Source: Actinomycetota bacterium (GTDB taxonomy: Bacteria > Actinomycetota > Acidimicrobiia > Acidimicrobiales > Microtrichaceae). Taken from it: 64,000 nt of DNA. The stretch is taken from NCBI GenBank assembly GCA_016870275.1, contig VGBZ01000005.1:50552-114551 (forward strand), given 5' to 3'. Shown piece after piece: positions 46,445 to 55,732 of the stretch. Under the pieces are notes generated by a model. That model was not told the origin of the DNA and did no database searches. It saw nothing but the letters and a program-made list of their open reading frames with translations. The position numbers and the translations under genes were made by a program. Position 1 is the stretch's first letter. The number at the start of each line of letters is the position of its first letter.

Positions 46445-47331
46445 GCTGCAGCACCCGGGAGGTTGCGCAACTCCCGGGCGGCCTCGGCGGGATCGACGGG
46501 GTTGAAGAAGATGCCGGCTCCGACCTCGGCCGCGGCGACGAACCTGGGCGTGCCCGGGCTGCGGAGCAGCGGCGCGATGAACACGCACATCCGGGCGTCG
46601 GGCCACTCCCCGCCGTCGGTCGGCCGTTGGTGGATCCACATCATGTAGGGCATGGGTTCATCGAAGCGCTGATCGAGACGGGCGAGGACGTCGACGAGGA
46701 CTTCGGCGAGGCCGTCGCAGTCGCAGTCCGGATCGGTGAGCGAGCCGACGGAACCGACCGGGGCGATTCTCAGCTCGTAGGGCCATGTCGCCGCCGGAGG
46801 CACCCACGCCACCCAGTCGCCGCTCTGGCCGACGACGTACTCCTCGGGCACCGACTCGGGTCGCAACACGCCGTCGAGGAGTGTCCGCAACGGGACCGGC
46901 GGAATCCGGTCGTAGGCGTAGATCTGTCCGTGGGGGTGGGCGATCGTGGCGCCGACCTCGGGTCCGCGGTTCTCGAACACGAGCACGTAGTCGACGTCGT
47001 CCATGGCGCCGAGGACCTCGGTGCGTTCGGCCCACAGCTCGACGACACGCCGGGCACCGTCCACTCCGAGACCCCAGAAGGTCTGGTGATGGTCGGAGGT
47101 GTAGAGAACGACCTCACAGCGGCCGTCGCCGAGCGCTGGCCAGCGGTTGGGGAACGCCAGCACGTCGTACGGCTCGGGCGCCTCGAGGCCGCCGACGCAG
47201 AACGGGCACCCGGAGTCAGGGAGGTTCGGGCGGCCCTGTCGGGAGCGGACCACCACCGTGACGGCCCGGGTGAGGTCGTCGACCCTGACGTCGATCGCAG
47301 GTGTGTGCTCGGCATCCTCCGGATCCACCAC
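46441..47331 (-). CDS. galT: galactose-1-phosphate uridylyltransferase
   Basis: CPFC zinc motif and the HIT-like active site HPHGQIYAY. Confidence 0.85.
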   Translation of the reverse strand: MVDPEDAEHTPAIDVRVDDLTRAVTVVVRSRQGRPNLPDSGCPFCVGGLEAPEPYDVLAFPNRWPALGDGRCEVVLYTSDHHQTFWGLGVDGARRVVELWAERTEVLGAMDDVDYVLVFENRGPEVGATIAHPHGQIYAYDRIPPVPLRTLLDGVLRPESVPEEYVVGQSGDWVAWVPPAATWPYELRIAPVGSVGSLTDPDCDCDGLAEVLVDVLARLDQRFDEPMPYMMWIHQRPTDGGEWPDARMCVFIAPLLRSPGTPRFVAAAEVGAGIFFNPVDPAEAARELRNLPGAAA

Positions 47332-47395
47332 GTCGCTCCTGCTCGTCGCTCTCGGTGCACCGCCAACGGTAGTGGCGGGTCGCTACCCTCACCCG

Positions 47396-48484
47396 GTGGA
47401 CAACGGGCGACCCCGCCGACTCGGCGTCGCCGCAGCGGTGGTCGACGGCGAGGTGGTCGCCGGTGACGTGGCGGTGGACGGGGATCTGATCGCCGAGGTC
47501 GGCCTGTCGCCGGCTGGAACCGGTCTGGCCCACCCCGGTCTGGTCGACCTGCAGGTGAACGGTTACGCCGGCTCGGACTTCAGGACGGCCGCACCGGGTG
47601 CGCTGGTCGTGGCCGCAGAGGAACTCGCTGCTGGTGGGGCGACGGCGTTCCAGCCGACGTTGCACTCGGCTGCGGTCCCCACGTACTGCGATGCGCTGCG
47701 CCGGATCGACGAGGCGCGTCGTTCCACTGTCGACCTCCGTGACGCCGGTGGACCTGCGGGGGCCCGGATCCTCGGGGCCCACCTCGAAGGCCCCTTCCTC
47801 GCTGCCCGCTGGGCGGGAGCACATGATCCAGCCCTGCTGATGCCGGTGGACCTCGCCGTGGCGACGCAGCTGCTCGATGCCGGTTTGGTGGCCATGATGA
47901 CGCTCGCTCCCGAGCTCGACGGGGCGGTGTCGTTGATCGAGATGCTCGGTCTGCGTTCGGTGACGGCTGCGATCGGTCATTCCGACGCCGACGCTGCGAC
48001 CGTGCGCAACGCCATCGACTGCGGGGCGACCCACCTGACCCACTGCTGGAACGCTCACCGGCGACTCGGTGCCCGGGACCCCGGACCGGCGGGCGTGGCG
48101 CTGAGCGATCAGCGGACGACCATCGGTCTGATCGCCGACCTCGTCCACGTGGCGCCCGAGGTGGTGCGCCTCACCTTCGCTGCGGCCCCCGGACGAATCG
48201 CCGTCACGACCGATGCAGTCGCCGGTGCCGCTCGGGCGGGCGAGTCCGACGAGGTGCTGCTCGGTGGGGCGTCCTCGCCGGTGGAGATCCTCGGTCGGCT
48301 CCGGTCGCTCGGGTTCGGTTGGGACGTGACGTCCTCGGCCTGTTCGGGCGTTCCAGCACGCCTCGCCGGGCTCTCCGAGCGACTGCTGCAGCCGGGGACG
48401 GTGGCCGACATCGTCGTCCTCGACGATCGGCTCGACGTCGTGCGTGTGGTCGTGGCCGGGACCGAGGTCGCCCGGGGGGCGTGA
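47396..48484 (+). CDS. nagA: N-acetylglucosamine-6-phosphate deacetylase
   Basis: GTG at 47396 within ORF 47147..48484. Blocks DLQVNGYAG (Q-x-N variant, as in E. coli NagA), HLEGPFL, IGHSDA and THCWNA. Confidence 0.75.
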   Translation: MDNGRPRRLGVAAAVVDGEVVAGDVAVDGDLIAEVGLSPAGTGLAHPGLVDLQVNGYAGSDFRTAAPGALVVAAEELAAGGATAFQPTLHSAAVPTYCDALRRIDEARRSTVDLRDAGGPAGARILGAHLEGPFLAARWAGAHDPALLMPVDLAVATQLLDAGLVAMMTLAPELDGAVSLIEMLGLRSVTAAIGHSDADAATVRNAIDCGATHLTHCWNAHRRLGARDPGPAGVALSDQRTTIGLIADLVHVAPEVVRLTFAAAPGRIAVTTDAVAGAARAGESDEVLLGGASSPVEILGRLRSLGFGWDVTSSACSGVPARLAGLSERLLQPGTVADIVVLDDRLDVVRVVVAGTEVARGA

Positions 48485-48537
48485 GCCGGACTCGGTCCGT
48501 AATTGACCGGCGCAGGTCTGACGATCACACTGCCCCC

Positions 48538-49431
48538 GTGCCGACCACGACGTCCGCTGCGGGGATCGAGGTGTTCTTCGAGTCTCTCGGTGACGGGCCC
48601 GAGACCATCCTGTTGGTCTGTGGCCTCGGCGCCCAGGCCATCGGCTACGACGTCGAGTTCTGTGAGCAACTCGGCCGGCTCGGGGCCACGGTGGTTCGTT
48701 TCGACAATCGTGACACCGGCCTGAGCACCCACCTCCACGACGAGACCCCCGATGTGCTCGCTGCCATGGCCGGCGCCGCCGGTGGGGGAACGGTCGATGC
48801 TCCGTACACGCTGAGCGACATGGCGCTCGACGCCGTGGCGGTCCTCGATGCCCTCGACGTCGAGCGGGCCCACGTGGTCGGGGCGTCGATGGGCGGGATG
48901 ATCGCCCAGACCGTTGCCATCGAACACCCCAACCGGGTGGCCTCGCTCACATCGATCATGTCGACCACCGGCGAGGTCGGCGTGGGCTCGCCGGATCCGG
49001 AGGTGCTGACCTCGCTCGTCGGGATCCTCGCTCCCGCCGAGGACCGCACCGCCCGTATCGACGGCATGGTCGAACTGGCTCGGATCATCGGCACCGAGTG
49101 GTGCTTCGACGAGTTGCGGGCGAGGGATCGGGCAGCACAGGCAGTCGATCGGGCCGACGACGCCCTCGGTGTGGCCCGCCAGTTGACGGCGATCCTGGCA
49201 TCGGGCTCCCGGGCCGAGGCCCTGGTCACGCTCGCAGCGCCGACCGTCGTCCTCCACGGCGACGCAGACCGACTCGTCGATCACAGCGGCGGGGTTCGCA
49301 CCGCTGAACTCGTGCCCGGAGCTGAACTCCAGACGCTCGAACGCATGGCGCACGACCTCCCACCGGAGTACTGGCCACAGGTCGTCGAGGGAGTGGCCGA
49401 GGCCGTTCGCCGGGCCGATCGGGCCCGCTGA
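48538..49431 (+). CDS. alpha/beta hydrolase
   Basis: GTG at 48538 within ORF 48319..49431. GASMGG nucleophile elbow, [11 protein letters not shown]-terminal MAHD. Confidence 0.75.
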   Translation: MPTTTSAAGIEVFFESLGDGPETILLVCGLGAQAIGYDVEFCEQLGRLGATVVRFDNRDTGLSTHLHDETPDVLAAMAGAAGGGTVDAPYTLSDMALDAVAVLDALDVERAHVVGASMGGMIAQTVAIEHPNRVASLTSIMSTTGEVGVGSPDPEVLTSLVGILAPAEDRTARIDGMVELARIIGTEWCFDELRARDRAAQAVDRADDALGVARQLTAILASGSRAEALVTLAAPTVVLHGDADRLVDHSGGVRTAELVPGAELQTLERMAHDLPPEYWPQVVEGVAEAVRRADRAR

Positions 49432-49534
49432 GCGGTTCAGTCGACTCGGGGACGCCGGTCGAGCCTGTTCGAGTCGAAGCCGAACACGTTGTCGTGGCCC
49501 CCAATGGGCTACGTCGAACCAACCGAGGAGGAAC

Positions 49535-50701
49535 GTGGGACCACTACAGGGCATGAAGATCATCGAGGTCGCCGGGATCGGTCCCGGGCCGTTCGTGGCG
49601 ATGATGCTCTCCGACATGGGGGCGGACGTCATCCGGGTCGATCGAGCCGACCGGGCGGCCACCGGTGCGCCGTCGGCGCCACCCGTCGACGTCCTCAATC
49701 GCGGCCGGCGATCCGTGGCGATCGACCTCAAGTCACCCGAGGGCGTCGAGGTCCTCCTCGAACTCGTCGAACACGCCGATGCGCTGATCGAGGGGTTTCG
49801 ACCCGGTGTCACCGAACGACTCGGCTTTGGGCCCGAGGTGTGCCGGCAACGCAACCCGCGGCTCGTCTACGGACGGATGACCGGCTGGGGCCAGGAGGGT
49901 CCGTACTCCCAGACCGCCGGTCACGACATCAACTACATCGCCCTCGCCGGCGTGCTCGCCCATCTCGGTCGGGCCGATCAGCAGCCCACGCCACCCATCA
50001 ACCTCGTCGGCGACTTCGGTGGCGGCGCCATGTTGCTCGCATTCGGTCTCGTCTGCGGACTGCTCGAAGCCCAGCGATCCGGAGAAGGGCAGGTGGTCGA
50101 CGCGGCCATGGTCGACGGGTCGGCGTTGCTGATGACGATGATGTGGGCGTTCACGGCGATGGGGATCTGGACCGAGGAGCGTGGGGTGAACCTGCTCGAT
50201 ACCGGTGCCCACTTCTACGACACGTATCGATGCAGCGACGGCGAGTACGTGTCGATCGGTTCGATCGAGTCGCAGTTCTACGCTCAACTCGTCGAGCTCA
50301 CCGGTCTCGCCGATGACTATGCGTCCCGTGGCGAGGAACTCCCGCACCAGATGGATCGATCGCACTGGGGCGAACTGCGGGAACGACTCGCAGCCATCTT
50401 CGCCACCAAGACCCGTCAGGAGTGGTGCGAGATCATGGAGGGGACCGATGTCTGCTTCGCCCCCGTGCTCACGATGAGCGAGGCCCTCGAGCATCCGCAC
50501 AACGTCGAACGCCAGACGTTCGTCGAGGTGGCGGGAGTCACCCAGCCGGCACCGGCGCCGCGGTTCAGTCGAACACCCGGGGCGATCCAGCGTCCCCCGT
50601 CGCACGAGGGCCAGCACACCGACGAGGTGCTCACCGAGTGGCTCGGGGTCGATCCGGATCGGCTCAGCGAACTGCGGTCCGACGGGGTCGTCGCTGGTTG
50701 A
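49535..50701 (+). CDS. mcr: family III CoA-transferase fold, alpha-methylacyl-CoA racemase-like
   Basis: [37 protein letters not shown] closely parallels the N-terminus of M. tuberculosis Mcr as I recall it. [11 protein letters not shown] is also present. Confidence 0.8.
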   Translation: MGPLQGMKIIEVAGIGPGPFVAMMLSDMGADVIRVDRADRAATGAPSAPPVDVLNRGRRSVAIDLKSPEGVEVLLELVEHADALIEGFRPGVTERLGFGPEVCRQRNPRLVYGRMTGWGQEGPYSQTAGHDINYIALAGVLAHLGRADQQPTPPINLVGDFGGGAMLLAFGLVCGLLEAQRSGEGQVVDAAMVDGSALLMTMMWAFTAMGIWTEERGVNLLDTGAHFYDTYRCSDGEYVSIGSIESQFYAQLVELTGLADDYASRGEELPHQMDRSHWGELRERLAAIFATKTRQEWCEIMEGTDVCFAPVLTMSEALEHPHNVERQTFVEVAGVTQPAPAPRFSRTPGAIQRPPSHEGQHTDEVLTEWLGVDPDRLSELRSDGVVAG

Positions 50702-50710
50702 GCGCCGAGT

Positions 50711-52090
50711 TCACACCGGGACGCTGATCCGATCGAACACCTCGGTCGCCTCGGCGATGATCAGCTCGTCGTCCGCGGCCTCCAACACCAACGCCGCGTC
50801 GCCGGCCGTGGTGGCCACCACGACCGGTGCCCCCGTGGCCTCGTCGAGGTTGATCCACTCGGCGAATCGTCCCCGGTCGGCGCCCCACCACCCGGTCACC
50901 AGCGTCGACGGCCAGCGTTGATTGGGAACGGTCGGCTCGAAGGTGAGCACGGTCTTGTCGAGGGTGCCGGTGCGAAGCCGATCGGCCGCGTCCCGCCAGG
51001 TGGCCGGCACCGGCCCGTCCAGGAGTGGCAGGCCCGCCTGCAGCAGGGCCAGCGGCACGGTGAGGATGACGGCATCGGCGCGCTCGGAGAACCGGGGACC
51101 GTCGACCTGTGCCCCGGAACCCTCGCCGGTCCAGGTGATGCGGTCCACCGGGGCGTCGGTACGCAGGTCGATGCCGGCGGTGAGCGGTTCGAGGATCCGG
51201 TCGAAGCCGCCGACGACCAACAGGTCGCCGCCGACGAGGTCGTCACCTTCGTTCCATCCGGCAACGCTGAGAGTCGTGGCTGAGAGCGCTGACTCGCCTT
51301 CGATGTCGCTGGCGACCAGGCGGTCGACGGCGGCGGTGGTCTCGTCGTCGAGGCCGAGCCGGGCGACCGACTCCGCCACCGCCTGTTCGACTGAAAGTTC
51401 CTGAAGGTCCTCGTCCTCGGCGAGTTGTTCGAGCGTCGCAGCGAACGCCTCCCGAGCCCTCGAGTCGTCCCGGGCTCCGTCGTCGGCGACGACGCGACTG
51501 TCGTCCCAGTTGAATGGGACCGTGGCCACGCCGGCGAGTCGGGCCGACTCGACGAGCGGGTTGTCGGCGGCTCCGTGGATCCACGCCGCCCCGAGCTCGA
51601 TCGGCACCCCGCTGGACCGGTCGGTGAGCACCCGGCCGTAGGGTCGAGGTCGGGCCTCGAGCACAGTGACGGAGTGCGTGGGCGCGAGCCTGGCCGCCGC
51701 AGCGAGTCCGGCCGCTCCCGCTCCGATGACGATCACTCGTCCACCGGCGGCGATGTCGGCTGCGACCTCGGCCGCTGCTCGTTCGCCCGAGGCCAGCGCC
51801 CCGTGCACTGTGGCCGGGGCCTCGGTGGACGTCGCTTCACCGGCCACATGGATCGGTCCGAACGATTCGCCGAGCCGCAACCGATCGGTGGGCGAGGCTC
51901 CGATCGGCACGGCGCTGTAGCTCCCGAGCGACCATGGGTCGGACGCCCACCGGGTGACGATTGCACCGGTCGGCCTCACGGCGGGTTCCGATCGGCTGCA
52001 TCCGAGCGCCGTCACGGCGAGCGTGCCCAGACCGCCGAGGACGATTCGCCGTGTCGGCGCCACGTGGCCACCGTAGGCCACGGGGCACAA
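50711..52090 (-). CDS. flavin-containing amine oxidase with circularly permuted module order and an N-terminal export (Tat-like/lipobox-like) signal
   Basis: After [20 protein letters not shown] comes the normally C-terminal block [13 protein letters not shown]...[11 protein letters not shown]...[12 protein letters not shown]. Only then comes the dinucleotide-binding start [18 protein letters not shown]...VTVLEAR. The start codon is uncertain (TTG 52090, GTG 52081 or GTG 52063). Confidence 0.7.
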   Translation of the reverse strand: MCPVAYGGHVAPTRRIVLGGLGTLAVTALGCSRSEPAVRPTGAIVTRWASDPWSLGSYSAVPIGASPTDRLRLGESFGPIHVAGEATSTEAPATVHGALASGERAAAEVAADIAAGGRVIVIGAGAAGLAAAARLAPTHSVTVLEARPRPYGRVLTDRSSGVPIELGAAWIHGAADNPLVESARLAGVATVPFNWDDSRVVADDGARDDSRAREAFAATLEQLAEDEDLQELSVEQAVAESVARLGLDDETTAAVDRLVASDIEGESALSATTLSVAGWNEGDDLVGGDLLVVGGFDRILEPLTAGIDLRTDAPVDRITWTGEGSGAQVDGPRFSERADAVILTVPLALLQAGLPLLDGPVPATWRDAADRLRTGTLDKTVLTFEPTVPNQRWPSTLVTGWWGADRGRFAEWINLDEATGAPVVVATTAGDAALVLEAADDELIIAEATEVFDRISVPV

Positions 52091-52105
52091 CTACTGTCAC
52101 CGGAC

Positions 52106-52942
52106 ATGTCCACGATCGTGTCATTCCATGCTCATCCCGACGACGAGTGCATCGTTTCCGGGGGAACGCTCGCTGCTGCGCACGCCGAGGGTCATCGGAC
52201 CGTGCTCGTCGTGGCCACACGGGGCGAACTCGGCGAGGTGGCGCCGGGCGTGCTTGAGGAGGGCGAGACACTGGCGGAGCGGCGCACGGGGGAACTCCTC
52301 GACGCCGCGCGAATCCTCGGGATCGACCGGGTGGAGTTCCTCGGATACCTCGACTCAGGAGTCGTCGGGGCCGAGAGCAACGAAGCTGATGGTTCGTTCT
52401 GGTCGGCGGACCCTGAGGCGGCGGCCGAGCGACTCGCAGCGATCCTCGACTCCGAGGAACCCGACGTCCTCACCGTCTACGACGACCACGGTGGGTACGG
52501 GCACCCCGACCACATCCAGGTGCACCGGGTCGGTCACCGGGCTGCAGCGTTGAGCGGGGTGCCGCGCGTCCTCGAGGTGACGATGAACCGCGACCACATC
52601 CGCAACCTGCTCGGCCGCAAGCCGGCCGACGCAGTCCGACGTTCGGTTCGTGGGATGCTCCCCAAGAACCGACTCGGCCGGCAGATGCTGCGCAAGCTCA
52701 AGGTCTATGCCGGCCCGTTCGGCTCGCCCGAGGAGATCATCACCCATGCGATCGACGTGTCGGCCTGGCTCGGTGCCAAGCGGGCCGCCATGGCCGCTCA
52801 CGCCAGTCAGATCCCGGCCGACTCCTGGTTCCTGCAACTCCCGGACGACGCGTTCGCCGCTGCGTTCGGCACCGAGTGGTACATCGATCCGAGCTCGCCG
52901 CGGGCCGCCGGTGATGGGTTCATCGATTCCATCTGGCGTTGA
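52106..52942 (+). CDS. PIG-L/LmbE-family deacetylase carrying an internal L13-like segment
   Basis: ATG at 52106 within ORF 51425..52942. Blocks [16 protein letters not shown] (PIG-L zinc motif AHPDDE), GGYGHPDH and C-terminal [10 protein letters not shown]. Confidence 0.8.
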   Translation: MSTIVSFHAHPDDECIVSGGTLAAAHAEGHRTVLVVATRGELGEVAPGVLEEGETLAERRTGELLDAARILGIDRVEFLGYLDSGVVGAESNEADGSFWSADPEAAAERLAAILDSEEPDVLTVYDDHGGYGHPDHIQVHRVGHRAAALSGVPRVLEVTMNRDHIRNLLGRKPADAVRRSVRGMLPKNRLGRQMLRKLKVYAGPFGSPEEIITHAIDVSAWLGAKRAAMAAHASQIPADSWFLQLPDDAFAAAFGTEWYIDPSSPRAAGDGFIDSIWR

Positions 52943-52976
52943 TCCCATCTGGCGTTGATCCCATCTGGCGTTGATT
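52929..52976. repeat. 16-bp x3 tandem repeat spanning the stop codon of the PIG-L gene
   Basis: ccatctggcgttgatc at 52929, 52945 and 52961 (the last copy ends in t). The TGA stop at 52940-52942 lies in copy 1. Confidence 0.95.
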
Positions 52977-53010
52977 CCGGCGGTCACGGCTCCGGCGGTA
53001 CCGTGCCGAC

Positions 53011-53394
53011 GTGACCAGTGCCGACGTGACCAGTGCGGTTCAGGGTGTCCACGAGTGGTTCGCCTGGGTGACCGTCATTGCCAACGGCATCGCCGGGACC
53101 TGGTGTCTGGCGGCGCACTGGGTACGCCAGGTCAGGGTCCGGGCGCTGTGGTGGTTCGTGGTGGCCGCCGAGGTCACGATCTTCATCCAGGTGGCACTCG
53201 GCGTGTACCTGCTCGCCGTCGCCGGCCAAGCGGTGGGTGAGTTCCACGTGTTCTACGGGTTCGTCGCCATCGTGGCGGTGGCGGTGCTCTACGGCTACCG
53301 CCAGCAGCTCGTGGCCTGGCAGTACCTGCTCTACGGATTCGGTGGCCTCTTCGTGATGGGCCTGCTGATCCGGTCGATGACGCTGAATCGGTGA
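53011..53394 (+). CDS. small integral membrane protein (about 4 TM), unknown function
   Basis: Hydrophobic helices (WFAWVTVIANGIAGTWCLAA, LWWFVVAAEVTIFIQVALGVYLLAV, FYGFVAIVAVAVLYGY, LLYGFGGLFVMGLLI). The start lies in a 15-bp x2 duplication (53003-53032), so the GTG at 53026 is an alternative start. Confidence 0.55.
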   Translation: MTSADVTSAVQGVHEWFAWVTVIANGIAGTWCLAAHWVRQVRVRALWWFVVAAEVTIFIQVALGVYLLAVAGQAVGEFHVFYGFVAIVAVAVLYGYRQQLVAWQYLLYGFGGLFVMGLLIRSMTLNR

Positions 53395-53437
53395 GGCGGC
53401 GGGAGCCGGTGTGGCGGCGGGTGCCGGTGAGGCGGCG

Positions 53438-55246
53438 TCAGCCGTTGAGGCGGCGCTCGAGGTCGGCGAGCTCGCTGCTCATCTCCTCGGGCAGGCGCTC
53501 GCCGATCGAGTCGAAGTGGGCGTTGATCAACTCCACCTCGTCCTTCCATGCCACAGGGTCGACGGCGAGCAGGGTCTCGACGGTCCTGGTGCTCAGGTCG
53601 AGGCCGTCGAGATCGAGGGCGTCGACGGTCGGGACCAGGCCGATGGGCGTCTCGGTGGCGTCTGCGGTCCCTGCAATGCGTTCGACGATCCACTTGAGCA
53701 CTCGGCTGTTGTCGCCGAAACCGGGCCACAGGAACTCGCCGGAGTCGGACTTCCGGAACCAGTTGACCCAGAACATCCTCGGGAGGGCCTCTGGCCGGGT
53801 CGAACGACCGATCTCGAGCCAGTGGGCGATGTAGTCGCCGACGTTGTACCCCATGAACGGGAGCATGGCGAAGGGGTCGAATCGAACGTCACCGACCGCC
53901 CCGGCTGCCGCTGCGGTCTTCTCGGAGCTCATGATCGATCCGAGGAACGTCCCGTGCTGCCACGACAGCGATTCGGTCACGAGTGGGACGTTGGTGGCCC
54001 GCCGGCCGCCGAAGAGGATGGCCGAGATGGGTACCCCGGCTGGGTCCTCCCACACCGGTGAGATGGATGGGCACTGTGACGCCGGAACGGTGAAGCGTGC
54101 ATTCGGGTGTGCCGCTGGCGTGTCGGACTCAGACGTCCAGTCCTGACGGCGCCAGTCGACCAGGTGGGCCGGTGGCTCCTCGGTCATGTCCTCCCACCAC
54201 ACGTCGCCGTCGTCGGTGGCTGCGACGTTGGTGAACAGAGCGTTGCCCCAGAGGGTCGCCATGGCGTTGTGGTTGGTCGACTCCGACGTCCCGGGGGCCA
54301 CGCCGAAGAAGCCGGCTTCCGGATTGATTGCGTAGAGACGGCCGTCCTCGCCGAACTTCATCCAGGCGATGTCGTCGCCGACCGTCTCGACCTTCCAGCC
54401 GGGCAGCGACGGCACCAGCATGGCCATGTTGGTCTTGCCGCACGCCGATGGGAACGCAGCTGCGAGGTAGACGGTCTCGCGGTCGGGAGGCGTGATCCCG
54501 AGAATCAACATGTGCTCGGCCATCCAGCCGCCGTCTCGGGCCATGGTCGAGGCGATTCGCAGTGCGAAGCACTTCTTGCCGAGCAGCGCGTTGCCGCCGT
54601 AGCCCGAGCCGTAGGACCAGATCTCCCGGGTCTCCGGGAAGTGGGAGATGTACTTGTTGTCGCCGTCGCAGGGCCACGGGACGTCGTCGCGGCGGACGCC
54701 GTCGTCGTCGACGAGCGGATAGCCGACTGAGTGCACGCACGGGACGAACTCGCCGTCGTCGCCGAGAACGTCGAGCGCTCCCTGACCCATGCGGGTCATG
54801 ATCCGCATGGAGACCGCAACGTATGGCGAATCGGTGAGCTCCACGCCGATGTGGGCGATGGGCGACCCGAGCGGGCCCATCGAGAACGGCACCACGTACA
54901 TGGTGCGACCGCGCATGGCACCTCGGTAGAACTCGAGCATCTCGGTTTTGAGTTCGGCCGGGTCCCGCCAGTTGTTGGTGGGTCCGGCGTCGATCTGACG
55001 CTCGGAAGCGATGTAGGTCCGGTCCTCCACACGAGCCACATCGGCCGGGTCCGACTCGGCGAGGTAGCTGTTGGGCCGGAGGTCGTCGTTGAGACGGGTG
55101 AAGGTTCCGTGGTCGACGAGGAGTTGACAGAGTCGGTCGTACTCCTCCTCGGAACCGTCGCACCATTCGACGGCGTCGGGCTGCAGGATCTCCCGCCACT
55201 CCTCGACCCAGTCGATCAGTTGCTGATTGCCTGTCACTGCCGCCAT
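53438..55246 (-). CDS. pckG: phosphoenolpyruvate carboxykinase (GTP)
   Basis: ATG at 55246 ([17 protein letters not shown]...). Kinase-1a motif FPSACGKTN, plus GDDIAWMKF and [18 protein letters not shown]. Confidence 0.95.
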   Translation of the reverse strand: MAAVTGNQQLIDWVEEWREILQPDAVEWCDGSEEEYDRLCQLLVDHGTFTRLNDDLRPNSYLAESDPADVARVEDRTYIASERQIDAGPTNNWRDPAELKTEMLEFYRGAMRGRTMYVVPFSMGPLGSPIAHIGVELTDSPYVAVSMRIMTRMGQGALDVLGDDGEFVPCVHSVGYPLVDDDGVRRDDVPWPCDGDNKYISHFPETREIWSYGSGYGGNALLGKKCFALRIASTMARDGGWMAEHMLILGITPPDRETVYLAAAFPSACGKTNMAMLVPSLPGWKVETVGDDIAWMKFGEDGRLYAINPEAGFFGVAPGTSESTNHNAMATLWGNALFTNVAATDDGDVWWEDMTEEPPAHLVDWRRQDWTSESDTPAAHPNARFTVPASQCPSISPVWEDPAGVPISAILFGGRRATNVPLVTESLSWQHGTFLGSIMSSEKTAAAAGAVGDVRFDPFAMLPFMGYNVGDYIAHWLEIGRSTRPEALPRMFWVNWFRKSDSGEFLWPGFGDNSRVLKWIVERIAGTADATETPIGLVPTVDALDLDGLDLSTRTVETLLAVDPVAWKDEVELINAHFDSIGERLPEEMSSELADLERRLNG

Positions 55247-55286
55247 GGGGCTCCTCTGCGTGGTGTCACTCGGCTGAGGGTGCTGC

Positions 55287-55538
55287 TCAGCGTGCGTTCT
55301 GCTCGGGTACGGGCTCGGCGTGCGCATCGAAGTCGGGGGTGCCCATGTCCCGTTCGGATCCCAGGGAGAGCCCGGTCGCACGACCGTCGCCGTCCAGGAC
55401 GAAGCACACACGCTGCCCCTGTCGGAGCATGCGGAACACTGATCCGACCAAGGCGTCAGGAGCCAGGTCGAACTCGTCGAACTCGGTGTCGCTCAACACG
55501 GTACCGTCGCCGGTTGCCGGATCGTAGGACTTGATCAC
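55287..55538 (-). CDS. small hypothetical protein, possible cold-shock-like OB fold
   Basis: GTG at 55538 within ORF 55287..55652: [30 protein letters not shown]...QGQRVCFVL. The start is uncertain. Confidence 0.4.
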   Translation of the reverse strand: MIKSYDPATGDGTVLSDTEFDEFDLAPDALVGSVFRMLRQGQRVCFVLDGDGRATGLSLGSERDMGTPDFDAHAEPVPEQNAR

Positions 55539-55732
55539 TCCCTGCAACCGTCCGGCTCCTCGGTCCTCGCCGATCCCGACGGTCGTCGGTCTCGGGTGTC
55601 TGCTCCTCGGGTTCCGGTACGGTACCGATCCGGCGCCGATGCGGCAAAGCATCCCGCTGGTGGCGCTGGCGGCAAGGGGCTCCGGGTGCCCGCTTCCGTT
55701 GTCGGTGGGCCGGTCTCGGTAGGCTCGCCGTT

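Noticed and set aside
44646-46454. A 602-aa minus-strand ORF. Similar long ORFs occur at 48109..49854, 56795..58516, 7201..8520, 8265..9473, 40642..41454, 17814..18878, 42629..44194 and 55535..56761.
   Set aside because: These are typical high-GC shadow ORFs. They have extreme Arg/Pro/Gly/His composition and no recognisable motifs. Each is fully overlapped, on the opposite strand or in another frame, by genes with clear family signatures (galK, PH-SHOCT, hydrolase, recG, acyltransferases, xthA, NMO, uvrD2).
53391-53470. Imperfect repeats of ggtgaggcggcgg / ggtgtggcggcgg between the small membrane-protein gene and the pckG 3' end.
   Set aside because: They are degenerate, low-complexity GC-rich sequence in a short convergent intergenic region that overlaps the pckG stop. 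They are not clearly distinguishable from chance in this composition.
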